Shown here in pieces: positions 43,001 through 55,700 of a DNA stretch of 64,000 nt (position 1 is the first letter of the stretch; each line of letters opens with the position of its first letter). The stretch is taken from the NCBI GenBank assembly GCA_047967505.1, contig CM106538.1; one strand, written 5' to 3'. The stretch is from Dipteris shenzhenensis (Eukaryota). A program made the position numbers and the translations under genes. The notes beneath the pieces are model-generated. The model did no database searches, was not told the DNA's origin, and was given only the letters and a program-made list of their open reading frames with translations.

Positions 43001-45339
43001 AGATAAACGAGGTAGCTTATAGGCTGAAGTTGCCTCCGCATTGGAAGATACATAATGCCTTTCATGTGAGCTTACTAAAGCAATATCATGGAGATATTCC
43101 CGAGGATGTATCTGATGAGGTGCAGCCTGAAGTGGAAGAACAGGATGAACTTCTGGTCCCAGAGCAGATTCTGGCACACAGAGATAGAAAGCTCAAGGGT
43201 AAAGTTATCCGTCGCTACTTGGTAAAATTTCAAAATTACCCATCACTTGATGCGAAATGGATGGAGGAAGGTGAACTCGCAGATTCACCTGGGATATTGC
43301 AGCTTTACCTTGATGCTTTCCAATTAGAGCCGACTGCGGTCCGGGCTCCTACAGGTAGTTCAGCAGAGCGAGCGTCTGGAGCATTACCTGATGTTCGAGA
43401 GGGGGGTAGCACCTCCACTCCCTCAGTACAGACGGGAACTCACTAAGATTTCATCAGGTCGCTTGATGACACTGTATGTTTCATCCGAGATACTGAGCTG
43501 ACAGTATTTCTGCTGTGAGACTTCATGATATTGATGCATCTTGACTATTGATCGCCGAGGATCACATAGATTTTGAGTAGTATATATGGATGGATGCATG
43601 CCTCTCCTAGCCATATTTTTACTATCTCTGTATACTATAGCTGCGGCTTTCTTGTATACTCTTTTATGCTATATTTCATGCTCGCTCCTGTGTTTTGGGG
43701 CAGCAAACTGTGGTTTGCTGTTTCAAGAGAGGGGTATGTCACGGGGGCGTGAAATTCTAGGTACTTTAATGTACTACAAGACCGTGACAACTTTGGTTTT
43801 AAAAGTCCAAGCGTGGGCTTAATAATGTGTAATTAAACGCGGCATGGTGCCTAGCACATAAGCGTAATTAATCCCTAGGCCCAAAGGCATTCCAAGGAAT
43901 TAAAAGAGTGGTTGTTGGGAAATGATGACGTGGCATTTTTAATGGGCCCCCTAGAGGGCCATGTACCTTCAGTGGCCCCCCTAGAGTTCCAGGTGGCTCT
44001 AGTGCCTTCTACATGCTCCTTTGCCATTCTTGGACCTTCCTGGGCCTTCTAAACTTCACATGTGTGGTTTTCTCTCTCATCTTCTCCCTTTGTTGAGATT
44101 TTGGACTGGTTTTTCAGCCTCCTTCAGCTGAATTCCGTTTTTCTTCATAACTCCTCACCCGTTTAGATTCCTCGACTTCCGTTTGGCCCGATGGCTTCCC
44201 CTCTGCCTCCCCTTCGTAGTGATATGCTTTTCCCTCCGTGCGTTTGGTAGAACGGGCAGAGCTGAGCACTTCTTTTGCTGGTCGAATTTGCAAAAGTGGC
44301 TTTTTCTGGACCTTTTTTCTTCTACCGCCTCCTGGGCCTCTCCTCTTGCAAAGCTACAGCTTTCTGTTGAATTTCGAGTGGTTTGACGCGCTGGTTGACT
44401 GGTTTTTCTCAGTTTTGGAGGACATTCCGGCGATGAAACTTCTCCAAAACCTTCTCAATGCATTCCTCTCTGAAGCACGCTTCTTTTGAGCCCAAGAACT
44501 CCCACTTCTTCGTGACAGAAGTGTTTCTTTTCGCATTTTTCAGTGGAATTCTTGCTGGTCGGCTCTTGTAAATGCTCTTTCTTCGTGCCTTTGCACTCCT
44601 CTATGGCTGAGAATGCAATTGGGCATTGGCTACTATGTCCTCTTGGCGATTGAGGACTTGGTTCGAGTCTTCAGGGCTTGGTGAGTTGTGATTTTGCTAT
44701 TGCAATTTCTTTTTGCCATAAGCTATTGGTTGGCCTCGTGTGCCGCGTCTTTCTTGGCTCACAGGTGCCCAGGCAGTGCTATATGAGTCATTCTTTGGTT
44801 GGGTACTTTGCTGATTTTATTTTGGAGCTTTGAAAAGCTTTGTGAATGCCATCTGGAAACCACTCAAAGAGAGTGCAGCTGGGGTGCACTGTGTGATTGC
44901 ATCTGGACAGCCAATGGAATTGCACTCGGAAAAGAGAATGCCTTTGGGTTGAGCCTACGGGTTAAGTGCACTTATGTGATGGTGTTATATGCTTGAAAGC
45001 CTTGCGAAGGCTTAGTGAATTGGGGCTGCGTGCTCGATTGCAGGGAAGGTCTCCCAGATGCAACTTGTAATCATTTCACTGTGAAATATAAAGAAATACC
45101 GAAAGGGGCGCCACGGTGTTTGGGGCCAATCGGGTGCACTTGTCTATGTCTGTTGAGCAGGGGCATTCTAGCCTCCATCCCTTTTTCAGTGGTTTTGTTT
45201 GTGAACAAATGGGTAAATGCCAAATGGTGATCATGCAATGGTTAATGGTTGTGATATATGCTTTGTGAGCTGTAAATAAGTGCTGAAGTGATTAAAGGTT
45301 TAGTTCCACTGCCCTCTGAGTGATTAGAGGCCGGTTTCA
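37034..45339 (+). mobile_element. Young Ty3/gypsy chromovirus with long LTRs and tRNA-Glu PBS
   Basis: 5' LTR 37034-38330 (lacks the first ~305 bp) is nearly identical to 3' LTR 43737-45339; PBS TGGTTCCATTGCCGGGA at 38332; PPT GAGAGGGG before 43737. Confidence 0.95.
38444..43446 (+). pseudogene. gag-pol polyprotein (gag, zinc knuckle, protease, RT, RNase H, integrase, chromodomain), broken by a frameshift and small deletions
   Basis: [49 protein letters not shown] and PEQILAHR...YLVKFQNY...AKW motifs across four ORF pieces. Confidence 0.93.
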
Positions 45340-46547
45340 TGTTCTTCAACACCAATCATCCACGTCTAAACTATAGGATTATTATCATCAACAAATGTTA
45401 TCTCTGTAGCTTCTCATTAACAACTTCGCAATTTACAAATAAAGATTATCATTTTACTCTTCATGAACTCAAGGAGCTCATTATTAACCTGAGCCAAACT
45501 CAGCTCATTTACGATAGGCATTCGACTCAACTCATAAGCCACCAAATAATACTTTTCTTTGATATTTCAACTAGTTATCTAACTCTTGCATTAATTCAAC
45601 CCACCTAGCCTTTCGACCTTTTCCTATTCAGGCTGATTGTGCAACCACTTGATATACAAACAGAATTTCAATCTTACCACTATACCAAAAAAGGGCCTCT
45701 ATGTTTTCAAAGCATGGGTAATACTGAATAATTTTTTCTTGACTACAAATATTTTTCTAAGCTGGGTCTAGTTTCTTACTTTCAAAAGTGATTGGTCGCT
45801 ACCTTGGATCAGCACCCACAATTCCATTTTTTGCATTAGTTTCAAGTACAAAAAGTTCATTATGATCAACCACTTTTCATACTAGATTGATTTAATAAGC
45901 TGATAGCTTCTTTTAGCTTCCTCAACCCAAGCAAAGGTACTTTCATTTTCCTTCAGCTACTCCATCATAGGTACTGCCAACTTAGTATAATCCTTGACAA
46001 ATCTCCGGTAACGACGAGAGAGCAAGAGATACGTGCAACTCTTCTAAAGTAGCCGCACTAGGTCACTCTAAATAGCTTTCGTTTTTTTTGAATTCATACG
46101 TATTCCTTCTACAGAAACAATATGGCTAGATACTTGACTTTCTTACAAAAGAAATCACAGGACTTAGGCATAAAACTTATGCTACCAAAAAAACATCCAA
46201 AGGCTAACTTTGAATGCTCCAAACGCTCTTGCCTGGCCTTATTTACACCTATCGCGCCCCCACGTAGAGCTTGCAAAGGGAAAAAACACCCTACGCATTT
46301 GGTGGGAAGGGCCTTGATGTGTGTATGCTCCTCTGCAGCCCGGGCACGGGCTAGGCTAGTTGGGCCGGGAGGCAGCTGGCGGCGCCAAAGGAGAGGCGGG
46401 GGACGCAACTGATGCGCATTCTTGAAACAAGGCGGAGCTACCACGCACAGCCCTGCAAGGGCACGAAAGCAGGACAGCCCCTGCTGGGGCTCAAGGCAAC
46501 AACGCGGGGTGAGGGAGAAGTACGGGGGGTTGAGGAGGGAAGGGGGG

Positions 46548-46709
46548 GGGCAGCTCACAGGTTCGAGCTAAGCCCCCGCAACCAATACTCTCTTGTCTTA
46601 CTATGCCTCACCTTTGAGAGGGGGGGGGGGGGGGGGGGGGAGCAGCTCACAGGTTCGAGCTAAGCTCCCGCAACCAATACTCTCTTGTCTTACTATGCCT
46701 CACCTTTGA
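46548..46709. repeat. ~70-bp direct duplication separated by a G run
   Basis: CAGCTCACAGGTTCGAGCTAAG...CTCACCTTTGA occurs twice. Confidence 0.85.
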
Positions 46710-47010
46710 ACTGAAAACCATGATATTAACTAAAGGTCTCTTAGACACATTCTTCCATCCGTCCACAACAATGCAAGTTGTCTTCTCAATGTCATCATAA
46801 ACAACTTGATGAACCTTGAGTTTCATTTTTTCATAATAGTTGTTCTACACATTTTTGAATGGCATGTATGATGGATAGTAAAGCTAGGACCATCTCTTGT
46901 CATGGAAGCCATGGCCTTTTCCCAATGGGGGCTTTGCACCATGTTCACAGGATAGCCAATGTCACAAATAGCCTCCAAAATATATTGTTGCACCTATTCC
47001 TTGTATTATG
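46710..47010 (-). mobile_element. hAT-like transposase remnant
   Basis: GYPVNMVQSPHWEKAM and a downstream DGW..V...PL.NIM-like segment; heavily decayed. Confidence 0.5.
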
Positions 47011-47499
47011 ATTTAAAAATATGCTTCTAATGTTCATAGGTAAAATCATGATTGTCAATGGGACACATTGCTACCATGTGCACTACTAGTTTGATCCATG
47101 CTACTTGGCACAGCAAGACAATTTGAAATAGGGTAGCTCTTGGCACTAATTCTATCCTATGATCAACTACCCTCTCTAGGGGAAACGATCAAGAACATCC
47201 TCAAGCAAAATTCAACAAATTCATACAGCAAAACTTGAGCCTTTTAGTTTTTCTTTGCATACAAATGCAAAGAACTTTTACCAACTAAAAATATATCACA
47301 AAGAAAAACCTAGACATCGAGTACTCTAACTGTATACAACTCCTTGAAGGTGAATCAACTGTCAATCCTTCTAAAAAATAATAAAGTTATTCAAATAACT
47401 CCTCTAAAGGTTATGATGCAATATTTTTTGTCCAAGACCGCATCGGCCACTGTCAAGGTGCATAATTTAAAAATCAAGAGTATCTTTTTCTTTTGGCAA

Positions 47500-48510
47500 A
47501 AAGAGACTTGTGTTAACTATGAAAGACATTTCGAGAGCAAAGCTCAATGTAGAAGTCCGTCATGTGAGGTATGAGAGATAAAACCCAAATAGGGTAAAAT
47601 CAAGCTCATGTAATAGAGCGAGAATTTAACCAAGGTTGAGACCGATAGTGCCATCTCAATTCTGTGGGGGCTAGCAAGAAGAATGGGAAGCCGCTCCACA
47701 TTCCTCCTGGTTGAGGCTGCTCCTAAAGACCTCAACCATCCAAATGGCTAACAAATGGCTAGCAAAGTGTGTACCGGGTCCATCCAAATACTAGCCAATG
47801 TGTGTGTGGCATGGACTTGGGAATCATCCAAAGCCTCTATAGATCTCGATCTCCAAATATGCCACGCTGATATGAGCGCCAAAATCTCCCACACAGTTAT
47901 CTAGAGATGCATTTGCATGTCTATACCGAAAGCCAAGAGCCTCGTCCAAAGAACATGACTCAACCAAATGTCGTCAAATTGAAAGAGCCCAAGAAGAGTC
48001 ATGTCTCTTGTAGAACACCTGAGGCAGTGAAAGAGAGCGCCATGCTATGGGCCCCATGTCATGAAGAAAGGAGAACACATAAAGGTGCTCAATAGTCTAG
48101 CAATCCCCTTCCAACTATTTGCAAACCCATAGGCAATGGTGAATAGATTCATCAGCACAGAGAGGCAAGGAGAACATGTGAAATCTGCCCCAAACCTCGA
48201 CCTTCCGCTAGTTCACGGTAGAAAGACAAAAGAAAAGAGTGATTTTTATAATTCTCAGGGATTTCCAGAGTCTCTTCCAAAAGGATTTCTAAGATCAAAT
48301 CTGAAAATTCTTCCAATGAGGAGCTCTGGTGAACTTCCAACCTTTAAGGCCAAGCTGGAACCTCTTGAGATTACTAAACGTGTATCGAATGGAGAGGAGG
48401 CTCTTCTCTCGGTGCCCTGCATCAATCCATTCCCACTCCCCGGGGTCCCACTGCAAATACTTTACGGGGACACTTCCATAGAGCCAAAGCCTCCATGAGC
48501 CCAAGGAATA
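47500..48510 (-). mobile_element. LINE ORF2 C-terminal remnant
   Basis: LWLYGSV...LQWDPGEWEW and a decayed Cys-rich segment resembling the post-RT region of plant LINEs. Confidence 0.45.
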
Positions 48511-49568
48511 TGTGACCTAGGTTAGGGCGTAGGCAACCCGACTCCAAAAAACATTGTTCCACGTGACCTACAATGCTGACAAGCTGAAATGCAATATACA
48601 TAAGAATATTATCCGTAGATCTAGATAACCTGCCCCAACATGAACATCAAAGACCAAGGCATCCCCGTTTGACCCTCATAGTCCCACAACTTGAAGTCGG
48701 ATCCTTACAAGAACTTGTATTATTGTGCTGAACTCCTTGTCCTAGGCATACTTGCCTTTAAAGGGGTCCAGATATGTCAACAAAAAGTGTAGTGACTAGT
48801 ATAGCGAAGGCTAGGGGTGACCCGCCAAGGGCATCTGCAACCACATTGTTGAATGCACCTAATGGTGATATGAAAGTTGGCCAGAGATTCTAACTAGCGT
48901 GCTTGTCGAGCATTCATGACTCACTGAGTAAAGATATACTTCAGCGAGTAATGATACATTTTTACCACGACATGGCTCCCATGAGATTATGTTTTCATGT
49001 GCTGTAAGCATGTCCAATCGCCCGCAACTCTTTATCATACACCAAATACCTAGACGATGTCACAATGTTTATTGGTGTCGAATGTCAAAACTTTGCTTGT
49101 TGCATCAAGCTTGCTCCAGTAGCAATAATTTATCACCTCAAATGGATGATTCGGGTCAGTAAGATCCATGATCCATGTCTTGTAAGTGCCTACTCTATTG
49201 CTGGATACTATACTATGTTTGTAGTAGCCACGAAAAAGCTGCGCCTACTCTATTGCTGGATACTATACTATGTTTGTAGTAGCCACAAAAAAGCTGTGCT
49301 TTTCAATCTCTGATATAACTTGGTAAGATAGAAGTTTGCCAAATTACCGAAAAAAGCATACATCATGAATATTCCTTGAAGTCTTTATCATACACTAAAT
49401 ACCTAGATGATGTCACAATATACCTTTGTAAGACTAGAATAAGTCCAATCATACAAATTTAGAATTTTTTTTTGTTCTAAAGATCAAAAATCTACAAAGA
49501 AAATAAAAGAGAAAATGAAAGAGAAGAAAAAAGAGGTAAACAAAAACTTTTATGAAAAGCAAAAGGAA

Positions 49569-49691
49569 GACATACTTAGCAAGCAAAGCAACACTTATGT
49601 CGTCATCAGTGCCCAAGCATAAGCAGCTATACTGGGTTTCTAAAGACCCGCGGAGTCTCTTGGGCAAACCCAGTGCTTGCTAAAATACGTC
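49569..49691 (-). ncRNA. Candidate pseudoknotted (ribozyme-like) RNA structure in the PLE 3' UTR
   Basis: Outer stem 49576-85/49674-83; crossing stems 49610-17/49659-66 and 49631-38/49667-74; hairpin 49644-58; CUGAUGA on the sense strand at 49603-49609. Confidence 0.55.
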
Positions 49692-49797
49692 AAATAAACA
49701 AAAGAGAATGAAAACAAGAAATAAAGAAGAAACGAAGCAGGTGACTTAAGCAAAAATAAACAAGCAAGTCAAGAAACAAAAACTTCCAAAAAACTAG

Positions 49798-49799
<2 letters not shown>

Positions 49800-49831
<32 letters not shown>
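49800..49831. repeat. (TC)n microsatellite in the PLE 3' UTR
   Basis: Perfect dinucleotide run. Confidence 0.9.
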
Positions 49832-49835
<4 letters not shown>

Positions 49836-49949
49836 AAAACACAAAAAGTTAAAAGGCACTTTACACTTATGTCTCGTTTCTGCAAAGAGGCAAAAATACA
49901 TTTCTAACTTAGAAAGCACAAGTATACTCAAGCAAACTCTCTTTTGAAA

Positions 49950-52152
49950 CTAAAAGAAAAACGGGCTATTCAGCTCCCCGCTTTTTGTTTTCAGCTTAAG
50001 TTCAATCATTCTAAACAAACCTAAGGCCGAAACACCATAGATAAAAGACTTCATATCTAAGAATGTGCGAACTTTTTTCATTATTTTCCTTGGATTATAC
50101 CTCTTGTGTAATAGTAAAGTGATCAAATTACTACAATGAGTGATAAAAGACTCCTTAGTTGTACAAAGGCGGGAAAATCTATGGAATTGGGAAGAAATGA
50201 CTCCATATTTTGCCAAATCAGAAATGTTTGAGTCAATGTGAGGCATTTTTATAATGTGTAAACCACTATATTCAGGTTGTTCACGTTTATCGTATATATC
50301 AACCTCTAATCCTATGGTAGAATGAGAAAGTCTAAGATCTAAGAAAACACAAGAATCCCCTTTTGAAGTGCAGTTCAGTTCACAAGAGTCACGAGGATAG
50401 ATTCCTTCTCCAAAAGCTCTAGCGTCTTTGTACATAAAGTCTTGAAAGTTAGGAACATCTGGTACAAATAAATCATCTATAAAACGCCTAACTTGACTAA
50501 GCTTATGTAAAATGATAGGGCAGGTATTGATAGAAATAAGACGTTGCATAAACTCAAATTCATAAGTGAAAAGATAAAAGTTTGCTAAAAAGACGGCACA
50601 ATTAGTGCCCATGGGGATTCCTATAACTTGTTGAAACAAAGAATCACCTATTGTGATGTAAAGATTATCTAAAAGAAAATCTATCCAAGAGCAAACATCT
50701 TCTACACTTACTACCTTTGTGTATCTTTTCTTTTTAGAACCTATGTCATGATCTTTATTTTTTAGCCACAAAAAGTCAAAGCATAAGGCTGTTTTCTCAA
50801 CTTTTAGCACTTTGCATCTATCTTTGTCAAATCTCAGCTTGAAAACTTCAGCCACTAGCTTTTTAATTCTAAACTTCAGGTCTTCCAGCTCAATCTTTGT
50901 GTAAAGCGTCGTAAAATCATAGGTTTGAAGGAGAATAGGAGACTCTTTTTCCTGAATGCTTCGAGAGGAATTAAAAAATTTTACAACAGGAATCACTCCT
51001 ACAGAGTCATTTAAAATCCAGCTTGAGTTCGAGGGGACATCTGCCTCTTTTAATAAGTCCCTCCAAAGTTCATGGACACTAGGCAACATGGCTTTGAAGC
51101 AGTAGCTTAGCCATTTAGAGATATTCGTCAAAGTAGTCTCACAAGCAGCTGCAATAAATCTTGGCTTTTTTGGAGTTTTGTGAAACTTCCAAGCAGCACA
51201 AAGAAAAGGTATGCTTGGATTGCAAACAAACCCAGAAGACTTACAAAAACTCTGATGTTTTGAGATCAAATCTTTTTGAGAAACTAAGGCGGGGGCGTAA
51301 GTTTTGGCAGACGAGTTCACTTCTCTCAAAAGACATTCTAAGTAAAACTTTTTGCAAATAAAAACAAAGTTATTGGAACATTTGTCCACATAAGAAATGA
51401 CAAAATTCCTATGGAATTTTCGAAGAAGAGTTTCATCTTCTTTCGAAAGATGGTTACTTTTCTTTGAGCAAATAACCGAAGGGACTTCTTCTAGTTTCAA
51501 AGTAACTTTCTTCAAAATCTTCCCCTTCCATTCTGATAAGATATTTTTAACTCCTAAACATTCTTCTAATTGCAAAACAAACTTTGAGATTCCCTTATCG
51601 ATAGCTTTTAAAAGGCAAGACTCTTTAAAAGAGTACAATCGAAATTTTGTGCCTTTCATGAAAAGGTCTCTTAGGTTACTAGAAAGCAAAATTGAGGTAT
51701 CAGTTGTGACTACATGTCCTAAATCAGCATCAATAAAGCTTTGGAATCTCTTACTTTTACAACAACAAGGTTCTTTAAGGATAGAAGATTTTGAATGCTC
51801 TGAAAGCCTTTTACCTATCTCTCCATAGTTGAAAGCCTTTTGTCCTAAAGTTTTTACATACTTCCAAGCTACTACTGGATGCTTCCAAATTCTTCTCACA
51901 AAACGAGGGAGAGAATCCATTACTTCAGGAGACTTCAAAATGGAGTTTAAGCCTATCTTGTCAAGTGAGGGAGAAGTAAAAATACAAATCAAGAGTTCCT
52001 TATTTAGATAGACTTCTTTGCTTTGAAATGAAGCTTTTACTTTTAAGAAGCGATCCAACGAAGTTTTAAGTTGTATATAATGGAGCTTATTTAGATTCAA
52101 ATCCTCAAAAGAGAAGTTTTCCAAGGTGTATTGAAGTTTAAAAAGAACTTTG
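49950..52152 (-). CDS. Penelope-like reverse transcriptase; frame open to the 5' truncation point, no ATG start, no endonuclease domain in this copy
   Basis: KFHKTPKKPRFIAA, TYDFTTLYTKI, QVIGIPMGTNCAVFLAN, RRFIDDLF, VFLDL, IYDKR and thumb YGVISSQFHRFSRLC; linker PCCC...GHVVTTD. Confidence 0.9.
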
Positions 52153-52765
52153 ACCTAGATGATGTCACAATGTTTATTGGTGTCGAATGTCAAAACTTTG
52201 CTTGTTGCATCAAGCTTGCTCCAGTAGCAATCTCGGAAGCATCATTTATCACCTCAAATGGATGATTCGGGTCAATAAGAGCCACGATCCACGTCTTGTA
52301 AGTGCCTACTCTACTGCTGGATACTATACTATGTTTGTAGTAGCCACAAAAAAGCTGTGCTTTTCAATCTCTGATATAACTTGGTAAGACAGAAGTCTGC
52401 CAAATTACCGAAAAAAGCATACATCATGAATATTCCTTGAAGTCAGCTAGTTGCGGATTATCACGATCGTCTTGGGATTTACTATCATGCCTCCAAAGAA
52501 ATAACATGTCCCAAATGCTCCAGGATGGTGCGAAAAAATTAAGTCTTTTCAACATTGATGTAGAGCAAATTCTTCTCTAAAAACATTAAATTCCTGTCAG
52601 AGATGTTGGTTGTGTTCAATCAAGGATCTCTTGAAAACCAGAATGTCATTTAATAGATCATTAAAAACTTATCCAGCCATGGCTGAAAGATGTCGTTCAT
52701 TAATGTCATCAATGTGGCCAGGGCATTAATAAACCCACAAGGCATGACTAAACAATCATAGTATC

Positions 52766-55700
52766 TGTATTTTGTGCAAAAGATCACTCATTCAAGGGCT
52801 CGCAGGTGGGGAGGTGACAAGTCTAATCCAACACCCCCAATCTGACCCACTGTGGGCCACAGTCTGTCACATGAACCCCTTATGTCAGGTGCATAGTGAC
52901 ACATCTGACTGGCTCAGACCGAGGACCTCTGTCCAGAGAAGGGAAGAACAGCAGCGGAACGAGGCCATTCAAAGCCCAAGAGCAGGGCAACACAGTTGCC
53001 ATACAGGGGCCCTTCAGTCCGAGCAGATCTGGTCAGACCAGGGCAGTCAACCGACCAGCCAGGTCGGCCTAACCTGGTCAGTCAACTGTCTGACCCAGTC
53101 AGGCCAGATCAAGGCTATATAAGGTGCCTCAGCCCCCCATTTCAGTCACACAGTTTCGGGGCCAGTTCTCTTGTAGAGAAGGGGTAGGGACAGATTTGGA
53201 GAAAGGGGGATAGAGGAGCAGAAGGGAGAGACAGAGAGAGGGGAAGAGGGAGGGAAAAGGGTAGGAGAGAGAGAATGAAGTAGGACAGAGAGGGAGAGAT
53301 TGAGACGGAGTGGGGAAGAGAGAGAGAGAGAGTGAGCGAGCGTAGGCAGGAAGGAGGAAGGGAGAGTAGATGGAATTAGATGTCACATCAAAAAGTACAT
53401 AGTAGGGGGTGGATGGAGACTTATATAGTCCCTCCACATTCCCCCCCTAAAAGGCCTCTAACTTGGCCTCTTTTTCCCCTTCATTACAGCCATCCCTTAA
53501 CATAGAATTTTTCCCTCAAAATTTCATATGCGGGCTGTTAAATAGGTGCAGCAAACAGCAAATAATAATCAGTCCGGTAGGAGATAGGGGTTGTCCTGGA
53601 CAATGCTCTCTGGCTGCCATGAGTTCTCATCCTCAGGGAGTCCTTGCCACTTGATAAGATACTCGGTGTACTCTTTGTTTTGGAGTACATGATCCCTGAA
53701 ACCCATGATGCACTCCAGAACATAGAGTATGTGGCCCTCCTCATCCATAGGTGGTAGCTCAGGAAGAACTTGGGCATGCTGTCCAACATGTGCCTTCAGC
53801 AAGGACACATGGAAAACATTATGAATCCTGGAGGTCCTAGGTAGCTCCAACTCATACACCACCTCGCCAACTTTGCGGATGATCCTGTAGGGACCGTAAT
53901 ACTTGTGAGCAAGCTTCATGTTGGTGTTACCCTTCAGCGAGGCATAACGGTTCTTATGGAGGCGTAAGTGCACATAATCCCCTTCTTCAAAAGACAGATA
54001 CCTCCTACGTTCATCCGCATACTTCTTCTCCTTGGCTTGGGCATCTTGCATTTTCTTTTTAGCCAATTGCAGAAAGGCATCCATACTCTCCAAGTCATTT
54101 CTTGCTTGCTGATTTTTCACAGCCATGTCTACAACTATGGCATACCCACTCTGTAACCATACATAGCCTCGAATGGGCTCATGCCAATAGAGATGTGCTT
54201 GGTACTGTTGTAACAAAATTCAGCAAGTGCCAACCACTTATCCCAAGACTTCTATGTGTCATGACAGAAATGCCTATAATACTCCTCCAGCCATTTGTTC
54301 ACCCTTTCTGACTGTCCATCCGTCTCAGGGTGGTAAGCAGTGCTAGGTGTAAGAGAAGTACCCACTGCTGTAAATAATTCCTGCCAAAAGTGACGCATAA
54401 ATTTCTGTCTCGCTGACAATCTCCTGAGGGCAACCATGATGCTTAAATACATGCTCACTGAACTGTCAAGCAGCCTGTGATGCTGAATAACGGTCTTAGT
54501 GGGTATGAAATGGGCCTGCTTTGACATTCTGTCAACCACCACAAAAATGCTATCCCATCCCCGCTCTATGGAAGGCAACCCTGTGATGAAATCCATAGCA
54601 ATGTGAGTCCATTTGCCTTCTGGAATAGGTAATGGCTGCAAGAAACCCGCGGGTAACCGGCTGTCCACTTTATTTTGCTGGCAGGGCAAACATTCATTGA
54701 CAAATTTAACTACATCCCGCCACAAGCCATCCCAAATAAAGCTCTGTTTGAACTTTTCATATGTCTTAGTAATACCAGCATGTCCTGCCATAGGAGATGA
54801 ATGCATTTCCTGTAAGACCAGCAGTCGGTACTTTGAATCTGGCACCAAATAAATTCTGTCCTTGCACCACAACAGCACCACAACAGCCCATTATGCAGCT
54901 TAAATTCAGCATGCCCCTGGCTCGATGGCCTCTGTAACTCCACAAATATGGAAGTTGCCTTAGAATCCTGCATGTATTCTTCCTGAATACCATGAATCCA
55001 CTCCTGGTAGATGGTAGAAATGGCAAACAAACTGCAAGCCCACATATGGGATAAGGCATCTGCAACCACGTTTTCTTTCCCTTTCCTGTACTCGATGTCG
55101 AAATCATAAGATTGAACCTTAGCCAGCCATCTCTTCTGCTTCATTGACAAGTTCGGCTGCGTAAGGAAGTACCTGAGTGTCCTATGATCTGTCTTAACCT
55201 TGATTTTGCTACCATACCGGTAGTGGTGCCATTTTTAGAAAGCATGGATGGAGGATAGCCAACATTTCCTGATCATACACATGATAATCTAGTTCCTTGG
55301 CATCCAATTTCCTGCTTTCAAAAGCAATTACCCCGTGTTCCTATCTTAGCATAGCCCCTAATCCTTTGCCACTGGCATCTACCTCTACAATGAAAGTACG
55401 TGAAAAATCAGGGCATACCAACACAGGAGCATGAGTGAGGGCAAATTTCAGGTCTTCAAAGCTGCGCTATGCATCTGTAGACCACATAAAAGCATCCTTC
55501 TTCAAAAGGTCTGTCAGAAGGGGCTGCCCTCTTGGCAAACTTGCGAATAAAGCGCCTGTAGAAGGAAGCAAGACCTAGGAATCCCCTCAACTGAGTAGGG
55601 TTGTGTGGCTGCGGCCAATCCTCAATGCATTTCACCTTTGCAGGATCCACTCAAATGCCAGAGCTCAAATCTGATGATAGCCGGAGCTCAAATCAATGTT

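Larger units (their letters stand above)
49420..52152 (-). mobile_element. Penelope-like retroelement (Naiad/Chlamys-like), 5'-truncated, with 19-bp TSD
   Basis: TSD ACCTAGATGATGTCACAAT at 49401-49419 and 52153-52171; AT-rich insert with one long RT frame and ~530-nt 3' UTR. Confidence 0.88.
48600..52765 (-). mobile_element. Old Ty3/gypsy RT-RNase H remnant; target of the Penelope-like insertion, with a ~350-bp tandem duplication
   Basis: NVVADAL (~48830), SLKYIFTQ, YDKELRAI (~49030), EHLGHVIS and decayed YLDDILVF (~52640); 49031-49383 is repeated as 49384-49419 plus 52153-52444. Confidence 0.75.

Noticed and set aside
46109-46663. GC-rich ORFs of 83-149 aa
   Set aside because: No recognisable domains; overlapping frames in low-complexity repeat-derived DNA.
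49950-52124. Group II intron maturase, retron or bacterial RT contamination
   Set aside because: No YADD or domain X and no intron domain V seen; motifs are PLE-like and the insert has a TSD in plant repeat DNA.
49048-52444. ~300-bp direct repeats flanking the RT as LTRs or pseudo-LTRs of the element
   Set aside because: They are part of a decayed gypsy RT-RNase H region continuous with both flanks, so they are duplicated target DNA; the 19-bp TSD defines the true insert.
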